Positions 19,694-29,655 of a stretch of DNA of 64,000 nucleotides are shown piece by piece. A program made the position numbers and the translations under genes. The stretch covers positions 1,600,001 to 1,664,000 of the forward strand of contig OY968769.1 of assembly GCA_963695345.1 (NCBI GenBank), written 5' to 3'. Each line of letters opens with the position of its first letter. Position 1 is the stretch's first letter. This DNA comes from an uncultured Methanomassiliicoccales archaeon. Its GTDB lineage: Archaea > Thermoplasmatota > Thermoplasmata > Methanomassiliicoccales > UBA472. The notes beneath the pieces are model-generated. The model had not been told where the DNA came from, did not search any database, and worked only from the letters and a program-made list of their open reading frames with translations.

Positions 19694-20203
19694 ATGGACC
19701 TTATCTATTCCAGAGATGGGCGCTACATCATCGGGAGGCTAGTCGCCCCGTGCGAAATATTCAATATCACCTGCACATACTTCCGGTGCATGTGGAAAGT
19801 TTTCGGGGTCGCCACCAATCTGGTGGCAGCAGGGGATGTCTGGCAGAACCAATTGGTCAAGCTTGCCGGAAGGAAGAAGGATAAGGAAAGGTTCCTGGAG
19901 CTTAACCACAAGGCGGAGGTCAGCCACATGTTCGACACCATACGGGAGGTGCACATATTCTATGCCAAGTTCCCGGAGGATATTCCCATGGATGACCTGA
20001 AGTTCTACGAGCATTTCATTCTGAGGATCACAAAGGCGGCCAAGGACCCGACCATCGAGTTCCAGGGAGTGCCTCAGAAGTTCATGGTCGTGATCAGCGC
20101 CGAGACCGAAATGAACGAGTACATGGTCCGACAGGAGACCCGGGAAGAGCGCGCCCAGGCCATGGAAGAGATGTTGAAGAAGGAAGAGCAGGCGTTCAAG
20201 TAG
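19694..20203 (+). CDS. Hypothetical protein
   Basis: 169-aa ORF with coding-like codon usage and an upstream TATA-like element; no family recognised. Confidence 0.65.
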   Translation: MDLIYSRDGRYIIGRLVAPCEIFNITCTYFRCMWKVFGVATNLVAAGDVWQNQLVKLAGRKKDKERFLELNHKAEVSHMFDTIREVHIFYAKFPEDIPMDDLKFYEHFILRITKAAKDPTIEFQGVPQKFMVVISAETEMNEYMVRQETREERAQAMEEMLKKEEQAFK

Positions 20204-20231
20204 GTCGACGCCCGCTCAGTTTTCGTCTTTA

Positions 20232-21350
20232 TTAAGAGATCGCCTGTGCGGACTCGAGCATGAGCTCGAGCTTCTCCGCCTTCAGCTTCGGGTCCGAGCT
20301 CTGTTCCCCCACCCATTGTTTGAGCTTCTTGATCGCCCGGCCGCTGTCGATGATGTCCGCGGCCTTGGCCATGCCCTCCTGCAGATTGGCGGCGTGACCG
20401 GTGATGAGCAGGATCGGCGCGGTGTTGGCCAGCACGATGTCCCTCCGGGAACCCTTGTCCTGACCGGACAGAAGCTTGAGCAGTAGCAGTGCTTCCCTGG
20501 ACTTGTCCAGTCGGCAAAGCAGGTCGTCCTCGACGGCCGACTTGATGCCGAGGTCCTTGGGGTCCAGCGTATACTCCTCGATGGTACCGTCCTCTTTCAG
20601 GTCGGCGACGTAGGTCTTGCCCACTGTCGAGAGCTCGTCCATCCCCCGGGTGCCCTTTGAGTCCAGCCCATGCACGACATAGGCCCGGCGGTAGCCCAGC
20701 TCCTTCATCGTCTTGGCGATCGGAAGGACCATCTCCTTGGCGTAGACCCCCCGCACAGCGTACGTGGGCATTGCCGGGTTGGCGAGTGAACCAGCCATGT
20801 TCAGTATCGTCCCGAACCGGATCTGGGAAAGGATCCTGCCGAGCGCCTGCGGGTGGGTCTTCCCGCTCATGCCGTTGAACAGGCCGATGCCGGCGTTCTC
20901 GATGCTCCTCTTGACCACCGATGCATCGCATTCCACGTCCACGCCCAGGGCCTCCACGATATCGACGGTGCCGCACTTGGAGGTTATTGCCCGGGCTCCA
21001 TGCTTGGCCATATAGATACCGTCCGCCGCGGCCACGATGGAAGCGGCGGTCGAGATGTTGAAGGTCTTGATGGTATCCATGCCGGTCCCGCAGTTGTCCA
21101 CCAGCGGTCCGTTCACTTCCGGCCTGACCTTTACGGTATCGATTTCATAGATGGCCTCCCAACTCCCGGCGATCTCCTCCGGTGTCGCCCCCTTGGCGGT
21201 GATCGCCGCCAGGAAAGCCCCCTGCTGCAGGTCGGGCTGTTCGTTCAGGAGCACCTGGCGGAACATCTCCTTGGCCTCGCTCCGCGTAAGGTCCTTGTTT
21301 TTTATCAACAGGTCGACTTTCCCTCCGAAATACTTCAATTTCTCTTCCAT
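20232..21350 (-). CDS. Anthranilate phosphoribosyltransferase-like paralogue
   Basis: CGTGMD..TFNISTA, KHGARA and GMDELS motifs; stands apart from any trp genes. Confidence 0.85.
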   Translation of the reverse strand: MEEKLKYFGGKVDLLIKNKDLTRSEAKEMFRQVLLNEQPDLQQGAFLAAITAKGATPEEIAGSWEAIYEIDTVKVRPEVNGPLVDNCGTGMDTIKTFNISTAASIVAAADGIYMAKHGARAITSKCGTVDIVEALGVDVECDASVVKRSIENAGIGLFNGMSGKTHPQALGRILSQIRFGTILNMAGSLANPAMPTYAVRGVYAKEMVLPIAKTMKELGYRRAYVVHGLDSKGTRGMDELSTVGKTYVADLKEDGTIEEYTLDPKDLGIKSAVEDDLLCRLDKSREALLLLKLLSGQDKGSRRDIVLANTAPILLITGHAANLQEGMAKAADIIDSGRAIKKLKQWVGEQSSDPKLKAEKLELMLESAQAIS

Positions 21351-21359
21351 TCCCTCACC

Positions 21360-22397
21360 TCATGAGATTATTATCACCGATTTCATGCCCACTCGCCTGG
21401 CCGTATGCTCGATGGCGCTGTGGGCCTCTTTCAAATCGCATCTGTGCGTCACGATCCAGCTTAGGTCGACCCTGCCAGAACGAATCAGTTCAACCGCTTC
21501 CCGATCCTGTGATGATGAGCACCCGTATGCCCCCACCATGGTCAATTCCTTGTAGTGCATGGACCGGACATTGATCGGAGTCTCGTACTCTCCTTTCCTT
21601 GGACCGGAGAATACGCACAGCCTTCCGTTGGATGCCAGAAGGCTCATGAGATAATCGTCCACCCGGACCTCGGGCGTTGCCGGCAGGATGACATCAACCC
21701 CCTTGCCGTCCGTTTCGTCCATGACCGCCTTGGTCAGGTCCTCCGCGGAATGGTCGACGACCCGGTCCACTCGCCCTCGCAACAGGGATATCCGGTTGGG
21801 CATCCTTTCAGAAACGATTACCTTCTCGGCCCCCCTTTGTTTTGCCAGGACCGCATTGATAGCCCCTACCGGTCCGCCGCCAAGGATCAGCACCCGGTCG
21901 CCCTCCGATACGCCAGCCAGCCTCTGCCCGTTGACACAGCAGGCCAACGGTTCTGACAAAGAGAGCAGGACCGGGTCGTCGGTTACACCCACCCGGTTCA
22001 AACCTCCGTGTTGGACATTTCCCGATGGAAGGGCCACATATTCGGCGTATCCCCCATCCACATTGAAGCCCAGGATTCCCTGTGATTCGCATTGATTGTC
22101 ATTGCCACGTCGGCAGGGACGGCAGTGACCGCACGATATCCCAGGCCACACCTGGACCCGATCGCCTACGGTCAGATCTCCTTCGGCCGATCTCAGCTCG
22201 ACGATCCGGCCAACGATCTCATGACCGAGGATCCTGGGGTATACCAGGTCCTTGTGGCCATGCTCGAGCATCTTAACATCGGTGCCGCAGACACAGCAGG
22301 TCTCCACCTTTACTAATGCCCCTCCAGATGGACAGGTCGGTTCTGGAACGTCCTCCAGTACCAATTCCCCTGGCGCTCTCATCACGGCTGCTCGCAT
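21360..22397 (-). CDS. Zinc-dependent alcohol/threonine/sorbitol dehydrogenase family
   Basis: CGTD, GHE, CGHCRPC..C and GGGPVG motifs. Confidence 0.9.
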   Translation of the reverse strand: MRAAVMRAPGELVLEDVPEPTCPSGGALVKVETCCVCGTDVKMLEHGHKDLVYPRILGHEIVGRIVELRSAEGDLTVGDRVQVWPGISCGHCRPCRRGNDNQCESQGILGFNVDGGYAEYVALPSGNVQHGGLNRVGVTDDPVLLSLSEPLACCVNGQRLAGVSEGDRVLILGGGPVGAINAVLAKQRGAEKVIVSERMPNRISLLRGRVDRVVDHSAEDLTKAVMDETDGKGVDVILPATPEVRVDDYLMSLLASNGRLCVFSGPRKGEYETPINVRSMHYKELTMVGAYGCSSSQDREAVELIRSGRVDLSWIVTHRCDLKEAHSAIEHTARRVGMKSVIIIS

Positions 22398-22426
22398 CGC
22401 TCTCCTTTGGGGGAGGACCATGTAAT

Positions 22427-22451
22427 TATTTAAATTGGATGTATCATCCAA
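22427..22451 (-). promoter_or_regulatory. TATA box with adjacent palindromic operator for the ADH-trpD-like operon
   Basis: TTTAAATA (minus strand, 22427-22434) about 30 nt before the ATG; perfect inverted repeat TTGGATG-tat-CATCCAA at 22435-22451. Confidence 0.6.
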
Positions 22452-22787
22452 CTCATTTAAGTCCTGTCGAACCAACCCGTGCCCTAAGGTCAGGTATCGG
22501 TGCTTACGTGGTTGGAACGAGCCCTATGGGCACCGCAGATTGTGAAATCATGGTGTTCCGAGCACAGTCAAGACCTCATGCATAACCATATGCGGCTGCC
22601 TTGTACCGGTCCAATACACAGGTCCACTGGCTCGGACGTATCGAGCACTCAATCAGCCCTTGGCTTCTCTGGATCTTCTTCATTGATCACCCATCAGATC
22701 GGCGATTTCTGACACGACTGTCAAGCACGAAAGCGGTCCCACCTGGAGAGCATAACCGATATCTCATGGTCCGCTCATTACCTCATC

Positions 22788-23246
22788 ATGAGGCAGACCG
22801 AGAGGGAGATCAAGGAGCGCGGGGCGATCGACGATCTGATGAACAGAGCGGTCGTTTGCCGGCTCGGAATGGTCGACGGAGATGAACCATACATCGTCCC
22901 GATGAACTTTGGATATGATGGGAAGAGCCTATTCTTCCATTGCGCCAAGGAGGGTAGGAAGATCGACATTCTGAAAAGAAATGGAAAAGTATGCTTCGAG
23001 ATGGACCTGGACACCGAGGTGATAAAGGGTGACATGGCCTGCAAGTGGAGCATGCGTTACCGTTGCGTGGAGGGAACAGGGCGGGCGGTGCTTGTGGAAG
23101 ATGTTGAAGGCAAGAGGCAGGGACTCAACATCATAATGTCCCACTATACCAAGGGGCCGTTCGAATATGCGGAAAGAGGGTTCGATCTGGCACTCGTCAT
23201 ACGGGTGGACATTGAAACCATCTCTGGAAAAAGGTCCCAATACTGA
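22788..23246 (+). CDS. Pyridoxamine 5'-phosphate oxidase/NimA-like flavin-binding protein
   Basis: PYIVPMNFG, FHCAKEGRKIDIL and ISGK motifs. Confidence 0.85.
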   Translation: MRQTEREIKERGAIDDLMNRAVVCRLGMVDGDEPYIVPMNFGYDGKSLFFHCAKEGRKIDILKRNGKVCFEMDLDTEVIKGDMACKWSMRYRCVEGTGRAVLVEDVEGKRQGLNIIMSHYTKGPFEYAERGFDLALVIRVDIETISGKRSQY

Positions 23247-24005
23247 TTAAGGCACCAGTACCGCCTCTCCCCCCTCAATCTTCACCACATACTCGGTCAC
23301 GGGGATCTGCCGGCCGGATCGCTGAACGGCGGTCAGGACAAGCTTCTTCAGCTGTCGGCAGCACGGCACCTCCATGTGCACCAGGGTAAGATCCTTGATG
23401 GGGTTGGTGGACAGTATCTCGGTCAGCTTCTGAACGTATGCGTCATTGTCGTCCAGCTTCGGACATCCGATGAGGGCGACCCGGCCTTTCACAAACTGTT
23501 CCTGCATCGTACCGCAGGCGAACGCCGTACAGTCGGCGGCGATGAGGAGGCGGGCGTTCCAGAGGTAAGGCGCATTGCTGGGTACCAGGCGCAGTTGTAT
23601 GGGCCAGGTGGAAAGCTGAGAGATGGCGGAGGTGGTCCCGGCGGTCTCATCCTTCACTTTGAAGACGCGAGGTCCGGATGAGGGACATGCGCATGGGGTA
23701 AGGGTAAGGTCATTCTTCCGCTGCAGGTGCTGCTTCACCTGAGCTTCGCTGAACTCCGGTGCTTCACGCTCCTCTATGGTCAGTGCCCCGGTCGGGCATT
23801 CACCGATGCAGGCTCCCAAACCATCGCAGAATGTTTCGCTGACAACCTCTGCCTTACCGCCCCTTAGTTCTATCGCGCCCTCGGCGCACGCCGTGACGCA
23901 ATTTCCACAGCCAGTGCAAAGGGACCTATCGATCCTGATGATGTTCCTCTTTACCATCGTGCTATTGACCAAGTGCCGGGTATTTATCCTTTCAGGCATG
24001 CTCAT
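23247..24005 (-). CDS. 4Fe-4S ferredoxin-domain protein
   Basis: CTGCGNCVTAC, CDGLGACIGECP, WPIQL, GCPKLD and MEVPCC motifs. Confidence 0.88.
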   Translation of the reverse strand: MSMPERINTRHLVNSTMVKRNIIRIDRSLCTGCGNCVTACAEGAIELRGGKAEVVSETFCDGLGACIGECPTGALTIEEREAPEFSEAQVKQHLQRKNDLTLTPCACPSSGPRVFKVKDETAGTTSAISQLSTWPIQLRLVPSNAPYLWNARLLIAADCTAFACGTMQEQFVKGRVALIGCPKLDDNDAYVQKLTEILSTNPIKDLTLVHMEVPCCRQLKKLVLTAVQRSGRQIPVTEYVVKIEGGEAVLVP

Positions 24006-24195
24006 CCATGTTCTGGGACCCTTCCAGAGGACTTTGACTTGGACGGAACTTCTCGAAGTAAATCGTTGGGCCGCCCTCGACTACCTGATAATGGCATATC
24101 CGACGCAAAACACATTCAAACACATGCTTGGCCAAAAACAGTACCGGCCGTCTTTTTCCTTGCCAATATCGCGGGAGAGATGAGAGGTATGGGGG

Positions 24196-25581
24196 TCATC
24201 TGAACCAGTTCGGTCGCGGCTCACATTTCATATGATCGATCACCGACTTCTTCTTCAAGAACATCTGTATGCGCCGCTGGCTGCTGGGAATGCCGCTCTG
24301 CTTCCAGCCTTGGAAGAATTCCCCACAGTTCAAGGACCGACCACAGTCGTTGATCCAGATATTGCCCGCCTCAAGGGAAGAGGCGAGCCTGTTGGCCTTG
24401 ACCTGGTCCTTCGTCCAGATGGTCGCCCCAAGGCCATATGATGTGTCGTTCGCCAGCCTTACCGCCTGGTCCTCATCGTCCACGATCCGGATCGGGCATA
24501 CTGGTCCGAAGGTCTCCTTCCTGGTCACTTCCAGGTCATCCCGATCGATAAGAAGCACGGTCGGTTCGTAGAAGTAGCCGGGGCCATCGATCCTTCTGCC
24601 GCCTTGCAGAATCTTCGAACCGTTGGACACGGCACTTTTCACAACCCGGTCCACCTCGTCCCTGGCCCTTTCCCGGATAAGCGGCCCTACGCTCGCCTTA
24701 GGATCGATATGGGAGGTGATCTCCACCAGGCGGCGGATGAATTGGTCGGCTATTTTCCTGTGAACGTATACGCGCTTTATCCGAATGCAGACCTGGCCGG
24801 CCCTTCCGAACGTCCCCGAGCATACACCCCTGGCGGCCGTCTCGACGTCTGCGTCCGAACAAACAATGCCAGCATCGTTTCCTGAGAGTTCCAGTATCAG
24901 CGGTTTGATCCCGGCGTTCGCGGCGATGTCCAAACCGGTCGCGATGCCGCCGGTGAAGACCAGCGCATCGAAGCCAGATCGGACCATCTTCTTGCCGACG
25001 CTTGCCCCTCCGATGATCGGGATGAAAAGGTCCTTGGGGAATCCCGCATCATGCACCATCTCGGCGACCTTCAAGCCGGACTGGGTGGCCAGTTCAGAGG
25101 GTTTGAAAACGATCCCGTTGCCCGTGAGCATGCCGGGGATTAGTGTGATCATGGTTTGCCAGATGGGAAAGTTCCAGATCCCGATGTGGCCGATGACCCC
25201 GTGGGGGAGGTAGTGGATGGTCGCTTTGGTGTCCACCCACGACGAATCCAGGGGAAAAGCCTCGTCCCGGAACCGGGAATATTCATTGATGTAATGCTCG
25301 ACCCCGTTCAGGGCACTGCTGCACTCTCCCAGAACGGCGTTGCGGGGGAATCCGCATTCCCCATGGACCAGGTCTGCGATGTTCTCCTTTTCCTTTACCA
25401 GGATAGACCCGAGCTCTCTGATGCATGCCGCCCGATCATCCCTGCTGGTCCTCCCATACCACTTCGTCTGGCAGGCCTTTACCCGTGCCAATGCATCGTC
25501 AACTTCGTTATCCGATGAAGAACTGAACTCGGCTACGACCTCTCCAGTACAAGGGTTGACGGATTGGATGTCCACGTTCAA
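24196..25581 (-). CDS. Aldehyde dehydrogenase family protein
   Basis: WNFP, KPSE, FTG, LELSGND, GQVC and ETFGP motifs. Confidence 0.92.
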   Translation of the reverse strand: MNVDIQSVNPCTGEVVAEFSSSSDNEVDDALARVKACQTKWYGRTSRDDRAACIRELGSILVKEKENIADLVHGECGFPRNAVLGECSSALNGVEHYINEYSRFRDEAFPLDSSWVDTKATIHYLPHGVIGHIGIWNFPIWQTMITLIPGMLTGNGIVFKPSELATQSGLKVAEMVHDAGFPKDLFIPIIGGASVGKKMVRSGFDALVFTGGIATGLDIAANAGIKPLILELSGNDAGIVCSDADVETAARGVCSGTFGRAGQVCIRIKRVYVHRKIADQFIRRLVEITSHIDPKASVGPLIRERARDEVDRVVKSAVSNGSKILQGGRRIDGPGYFYEPTVLLIDRDDLEVTRKETFGPVCPIRIVDDEDQAVRLANDTSYGLGATIWTKDQVKANRLASSLEAGNIWINDCGRSLNCGEFFQGWKQSGIPSSQRRIQMFLKKKSVIDHMKCEPRPNWFR

Positions 25582-25808
25582 TGAATTGTTGACCCACTAG
25601 ATATATCCAAACGTTTTCCCTGCCTGGAATCGCAATCATCATTTACGAGGGATGATCACTGGCAAGCCCTAAGAATGATATTCGCTTCCGACTGAATAAG
25701 ATGTCGATCATCGTCCTCTCCATGTTGTTCGTCCTCTCAGTCAACTTTTTGTATGTTGGGCTCTGAGATGAACCGCATAGGGCGTACCGACCAGGCACGC
25801 CAGGTGGT

Positions 25809-26312
25809 ATGGCGATGAAAGACATTGGATTGATGATAATCGAGGACCACAGAGAGTTCCGGAGAGAGATTCTTGAGCTGAGGCATTCATCGAACTCGGA
25901 CGCGGGATTTAGGGAGGAGGTACTGGCGGATCTTCTTCGGCGGCTTGCAGCCCATCATGTGGCGGAAGAGAAAACGTTGTTCCCTGCGATGGAGGAGCTG
26001 TCTGCCGAGAAGGAATTCGCCATGGAGCTTATCGAGGAACACCGCGCCATGGAGATACTTTATTCCGATCTGGTGATGACCGGCTACGGCAAGGAGATCT
26101 GGCTGCCGCGCCTCCGCCCCATCCTGGAGGTGCATGAGACCCACATGGCCCGTGAGGAATCCAACCTCATACCCCGGCTGAACAAGATGTTCGGAAAGAA
26201 ACGGCTAGAGGAACTGGGGGATGGCTTCGACCGCTTCAGGGAGGCAGAGCTGAAGAAGGATATTTACACCTGGCGCGACTGCAGCACGGCGGCAGCCGAG
26301 AGGCTTAGATAG
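25809..26312 (+). CDS. Hemerythrin domain protein
   Basis: EDH, HHVAEE, EEH and HMAREE iron-ligand pattern. Confidence 0.85.
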   Translation: MAMKDIGLMIIEDHREFRREILELRHSSNSDAGFREEVLADLLRRLAAHHVAEEKTLFPAMEELSAEKEFAMELIEEHRAMEILYSDLVMTGYGKEIWLPRLRPILEVHETHMAREESNLIPRLNKMFGKKRLEELGDGFDRFREAELKKDIYTWRDCSTAAAERLR

Positions 26313-26455
26313 CCTGACGGGGAGAAAGACCGTACCCGGTCGCAATTGGAGCTCTCCCTAATACCAGCGTCATCAGGTCCTTCATAGGGCAACAATGACC
26401 GCCTTCGCATTAGTTAATGATTAATCCATTGTCGTCCTTTATTGGAACGATCATC

Positions 26456-27991
26456 ATGCCTTCAGTGATTCAGGATCCCTACGATCAATTGCTCGAAAGG
26501 TCGAAAAGGCTCACCGTCCTCGGAACCACCGCTGCATTGGCTGGCTGGGACATGCAGACATACATGCCTGCGAAGGGCATCGGGCTTCGCAGCGAACAGC
26601 TCTCCCTGATGAGCATCCTTTATCACCAGTCATTGACCGATCCCAAGGTCGCCGAGCTGCTGGAGAAGATAGAGGAATCCAAGGGATACGCCGACCTAGG
26701 CCAGGAACAGAAGAGGAACGTCTACCTCATGCGCAAGGCCTATGATGAGACGTCCAAGATACCGGAGGATCTGGTCGCCAGGATGTCAAAGCAGGAGACT
26801 GTCACATTCGATGCCTGGAGGAAGGCCAAGGCGGCCAAGGACTACCAGGCCTATGCGCCCGAGCTCTCCAAGATGATAGAACTGAAGAAAGAGGCCGCCC
26901 AGATCCTGATGGACGTCAAGGGCATGAAGACCCCCTACGACGCCCTCCTCGATTCCTACGAGCCGGGTGTGACAGCGGACAAGATCGGCACGGTCTTCTC
27001 CGATATGAGGGAAGGTCTGGTCCGGATCGTCAAGAAGGTCGAATCGTCCGGGGTGAGGCCCGATGACAAGTTCCTGTCCCGAACGGTCCCGGTCGAGGCG
27101 CAAAGGAAGATCAGCGCCGAAGCGATGAGATTCATCGGTTTCGTTACCGAGGGGGAGAACGCTGGAGGCCGCCTTGACGAAGCTGAGCACCCGTTCACCA
27201 CAGGCTACTATTCAGACGTCCGGATAACGACCCATTACTATCCGAACAAGTTCTCATCCAGCATCTACAGCGTCATGCACGAGGGCGGTCACGCCCTGTA
27301 TGAACAGGGCATCCCAGGGGAATGGATGTACCAACCGATCGGGTCTCCATGCAGCTACGGCATCCATGAATCGCAGAGCCGGTACGTGGAGAACATGATC
27401 GGACGCAGCCCCGAGTTCCTTTCCTATATGCTGCCGCGCCTGAGGAAGCTCACGGGCAGGGCGCTCACCGGGATCAAGACCACGGACTTCGTTTCGGCCG
27501 TCAACGTCTTCGAACCGTCGAAGATCCGCATTGAGGCCGACGAGGCGACCTACGGATTGCACATCATCATCAGGTTCGAGATGGAGCAGGACATCATGTC
27601 CGGCAAGTTGTCCGTCGATGAGCTGCCGGGTGCCTGGAACGAACGATACGACAAGTACCTTGGCATGACCGTGGAGAACGATTCCGAGGGAGTGATGCAG
27701 GACGTTCACTGGTCAGGCGGTTCGTTCGGATATTTCCCCAGCTATGCCCTGGGCAACATCTATGGAGGCATGTTCCTGGAGAAGATGGACAAGGATCTGC
27801 CTAGCTGGAGGTCGGACATCAGGGGAGGTAACTATCTGCCGGTAAGGCAATGGCTGGCACAGAACATCCACTCCAAGGGCAGCCTGTATGACCCGGCGGA
27901 CCTGGTCAAGAACGTGACCGGGAAGGACCTGGACATAGCGCCGTTCATCAAGTACCTGGAACGCAAGTGCAAGTACGTCTACGGTGCCTAA
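26456..27991 (+). CDS. Carboxypeptidase M32
   Basis: HPF, HEGGH, HESQS, IRIEADE and QDVHW motifs. Confidence 0.95.
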   Translation: MPSVIQDPYDQLLERSKRLTVLGTTAALAGWDMQTYMPAKGIGLRSEQLSLMSILYHQSLTDPKVAELLEKIEESKGYADLGQEQKRNVYLMRKAYDETSKIPEDLVARMSKQETVTFDAWRKAKAAKDYQAYAPELSKMIELKKEAAQILMDVKGMKTPYDALLDSYEPGVTADKIGTVFSDMREGLVRIVKKVESSGVRPDDKFLSRTVPVEAQRKISAEAMRFIGFVTEGENAGGRLDEAEHPFTTGYYSDVRITTHYYPNKFSSSIYSVMHEGGHALYEQGIPGEWMYQPIGSPCSYGIHESQSRYVENMIGRSPEFLSYMLPRLRKLTGRALTGIKTTDFVSAVNVFEPSKIRIEADEATYGLHIIIRFEMEQDIMSGKLSVDELPGAWNERYDKYLGMTVENDSEGVMQDVHWSGGSFGYFPSYALGNIYGGMFLEKMDKDLPSWRSDIRGGNYLPVRQWLAQNIHSKGSLYDPADLVKNVTGKDLDIAPFIKYLERKCKYVYGA

Positions 27992-28157
27992 ACCCCTTCC
28001 CTATTCGACCAAAGACACCGCTCATACGGACAAAGGGCCGCCAAGGCAGAGGGTTATCAAGCCATGGGTCTCATCCGAGGCCAATGCGGTCTCCTGAACC
28101 AATACCGCAAATGTAGATGGTTCAGAAGCGGCGATGATTCGGTAGATCGCCGGCCCT

Positions 28158-29516
28158 TCACATGTTCTTGACCTTCTCCTGATATGCGTGAATGTCGAAC
28201 TTGAGCCTGGCGCCGGTGTAGGTCATTCTTCTCACCTTCCCCAGCACTTCCTTCGGCATCCATGGCCGGCCGTACAGGCCGCCGATGACCATGGCGATCC
28301 CGGTGTAACCGCTCGGATCTCTTCCGTCCAATGAGTATCGGTCGTTGAGCTGGATGGCGAAGCTGAAGGCTTCCTCCGGGCTTCGTGTCCATTCCATAAT
28401 CTTGTTCGCCCAATACTCCCTGAGGTAGCCGTGAATCTTGCCCCGCTTGACCAGTTCCATCTGTGAGGCGTTCCACAAGGGGTCATGCGTCTTCCCCTGA
28501 TCGAGCTCCGCCAGTGAATAGAGATGCTCCCGGACGTCCGACCGGTGACTGTTGATCGATCGCCTGGCCCATTCCGGGAACGCGCCCACCGAGTCATAGA
28601 TAGGAGTATGGAGGCAGAAGTTATCGGCGATCTCCTTCTTCACCACTATCCGATCTATGAAGAGGGACTTGATCGAATCCTCGGCCCTCGTGGAGAGGAC
28701 CCGCAGCACTACCCTCTGCGAGGAAAGCTGTCCGAAGTGGAGATAGGGCGAGAGGTCCGACTGCGCGTTCTTCGAGGGGTCCACCAGTCCCGCCGGATAC
28801 TCGGACATACGCTCCCGGCAGAATCTCTCCAAGGCCGACGTAGCTTCCGTTTCTCCGGGAGATATCCATGTCAGTGGTCTGACGCTCTGGTCCAGATTCA
28901 TGTTGCTCAACGCCTCATCCCAATCGACGGGCAAGGACCGATCCTCCCAGGTCCGGTCCGGCCTGATGGATCCGGGAAAGTCCACCAGATAATCCTGAAG
29001 CAATGGCATGACCTTGTTCCGGTAGCTATCGAATGACATTACCCTGCGTCTTGAAGCGACCCGGCAGGGAACGATGTTATGTGCGTCCACCTCGATCACC
29101 GGGATATCCAGCGCCGCTCCCACCCTGAGCTTACAGTCCATGCTGGTCCGCAATGGGTCGAAATCGGTGACCATCAGGCCCGCCCCCATCCGATGGAGGA
29201 AAGTCGGCATTTCTATCCCTGGGAGTCCTTCCAAAAGATAGAATCCGATGCCAGACTGTTGCAGTTTTGGCTCCAGGTGCCTAAGCCCACCGATCATGAA
29301 ATGAAATTGCCTTAGCGTGGCGCCAAGATCATCCGGGGCAAGGCAGACGACCACGGAGAGAGGAACTCCCTTATCATTGGCCTCCTCCACCGCATAGATG
29401 AGCGCCCAGTTGTCGTCGGCGCGCTGGTCCCTGCCCATCCAGTAGATGACCGGGCCACCCAGGTATCTTTTCCTGCGCAACACCTTCGACCTTCGTTCCA
29501 GCATTTCATCGGGCAT
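28158..29516 (-). CDS. phrB: Class II CPD photolyase homologue
   Basis: YWMGRDQRADDNWAL, SPYLHFGQ, THDPLWNA and DGRDP motifs. Confidence 0.88.
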   Translation of the reverse strand: MPDEMLERRSKVLRRKRYLGGPVIYWMGRDQRADDNWALIYAVEEANDKGVPLSVVVCLAPDDLGATLRQFHFMIGGLRHLEPKLQQSGIGFYLLEGLPGIEMPTFLHRMGAGLMVTDFDPLRTSMDCKLRVGAALDIPVIEVDAHNIVPCRVASRRRVMSFDSYRNKVMPLLQDYLVDFPGSIRPDRTWEDRSLPVDWDEALSNMNLDQSVRPLTWISPGETEATSALERFCRERMSEYPAGLVDPSKNAQSDLSPYLHFGQLSSQRVVLRVLSTRAEDSIKSLFIDRIVVKKEIADNFCLHTPIYDSVGAFPEWARRSINSHRSDVREHLYSLAELDQGKTHDPLWNASQMELVKRGKIHGYLREYWANKIMEWTRSPEEAFSFAIQLNDRYSLDGRDPSGYTGIAMVIGGLYGRPWMPKEVLGKVRRMTYTGARLKFDIHAYQEKVKNM

Positions 29517-29655
29517 CTGGGCACCGTTCTTTGCGTATAATGATGTTCGAGGAGCCGGTAGATAAACAGTGGTCTTTCCCCTGTCGTTATTTTGAATATC
29601 CTACCGGTCTGCTTATCGGAAGGGTTAATTATCCACCGATGCCAGATAGCAATTC

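Noticed and set aside
22452-22787. Cobalamin riboswitch upstream of the ADH-trpD-like operon
   Set aside because: No B12-box recognised, and the TATA lies only about 30 nt from the ATG
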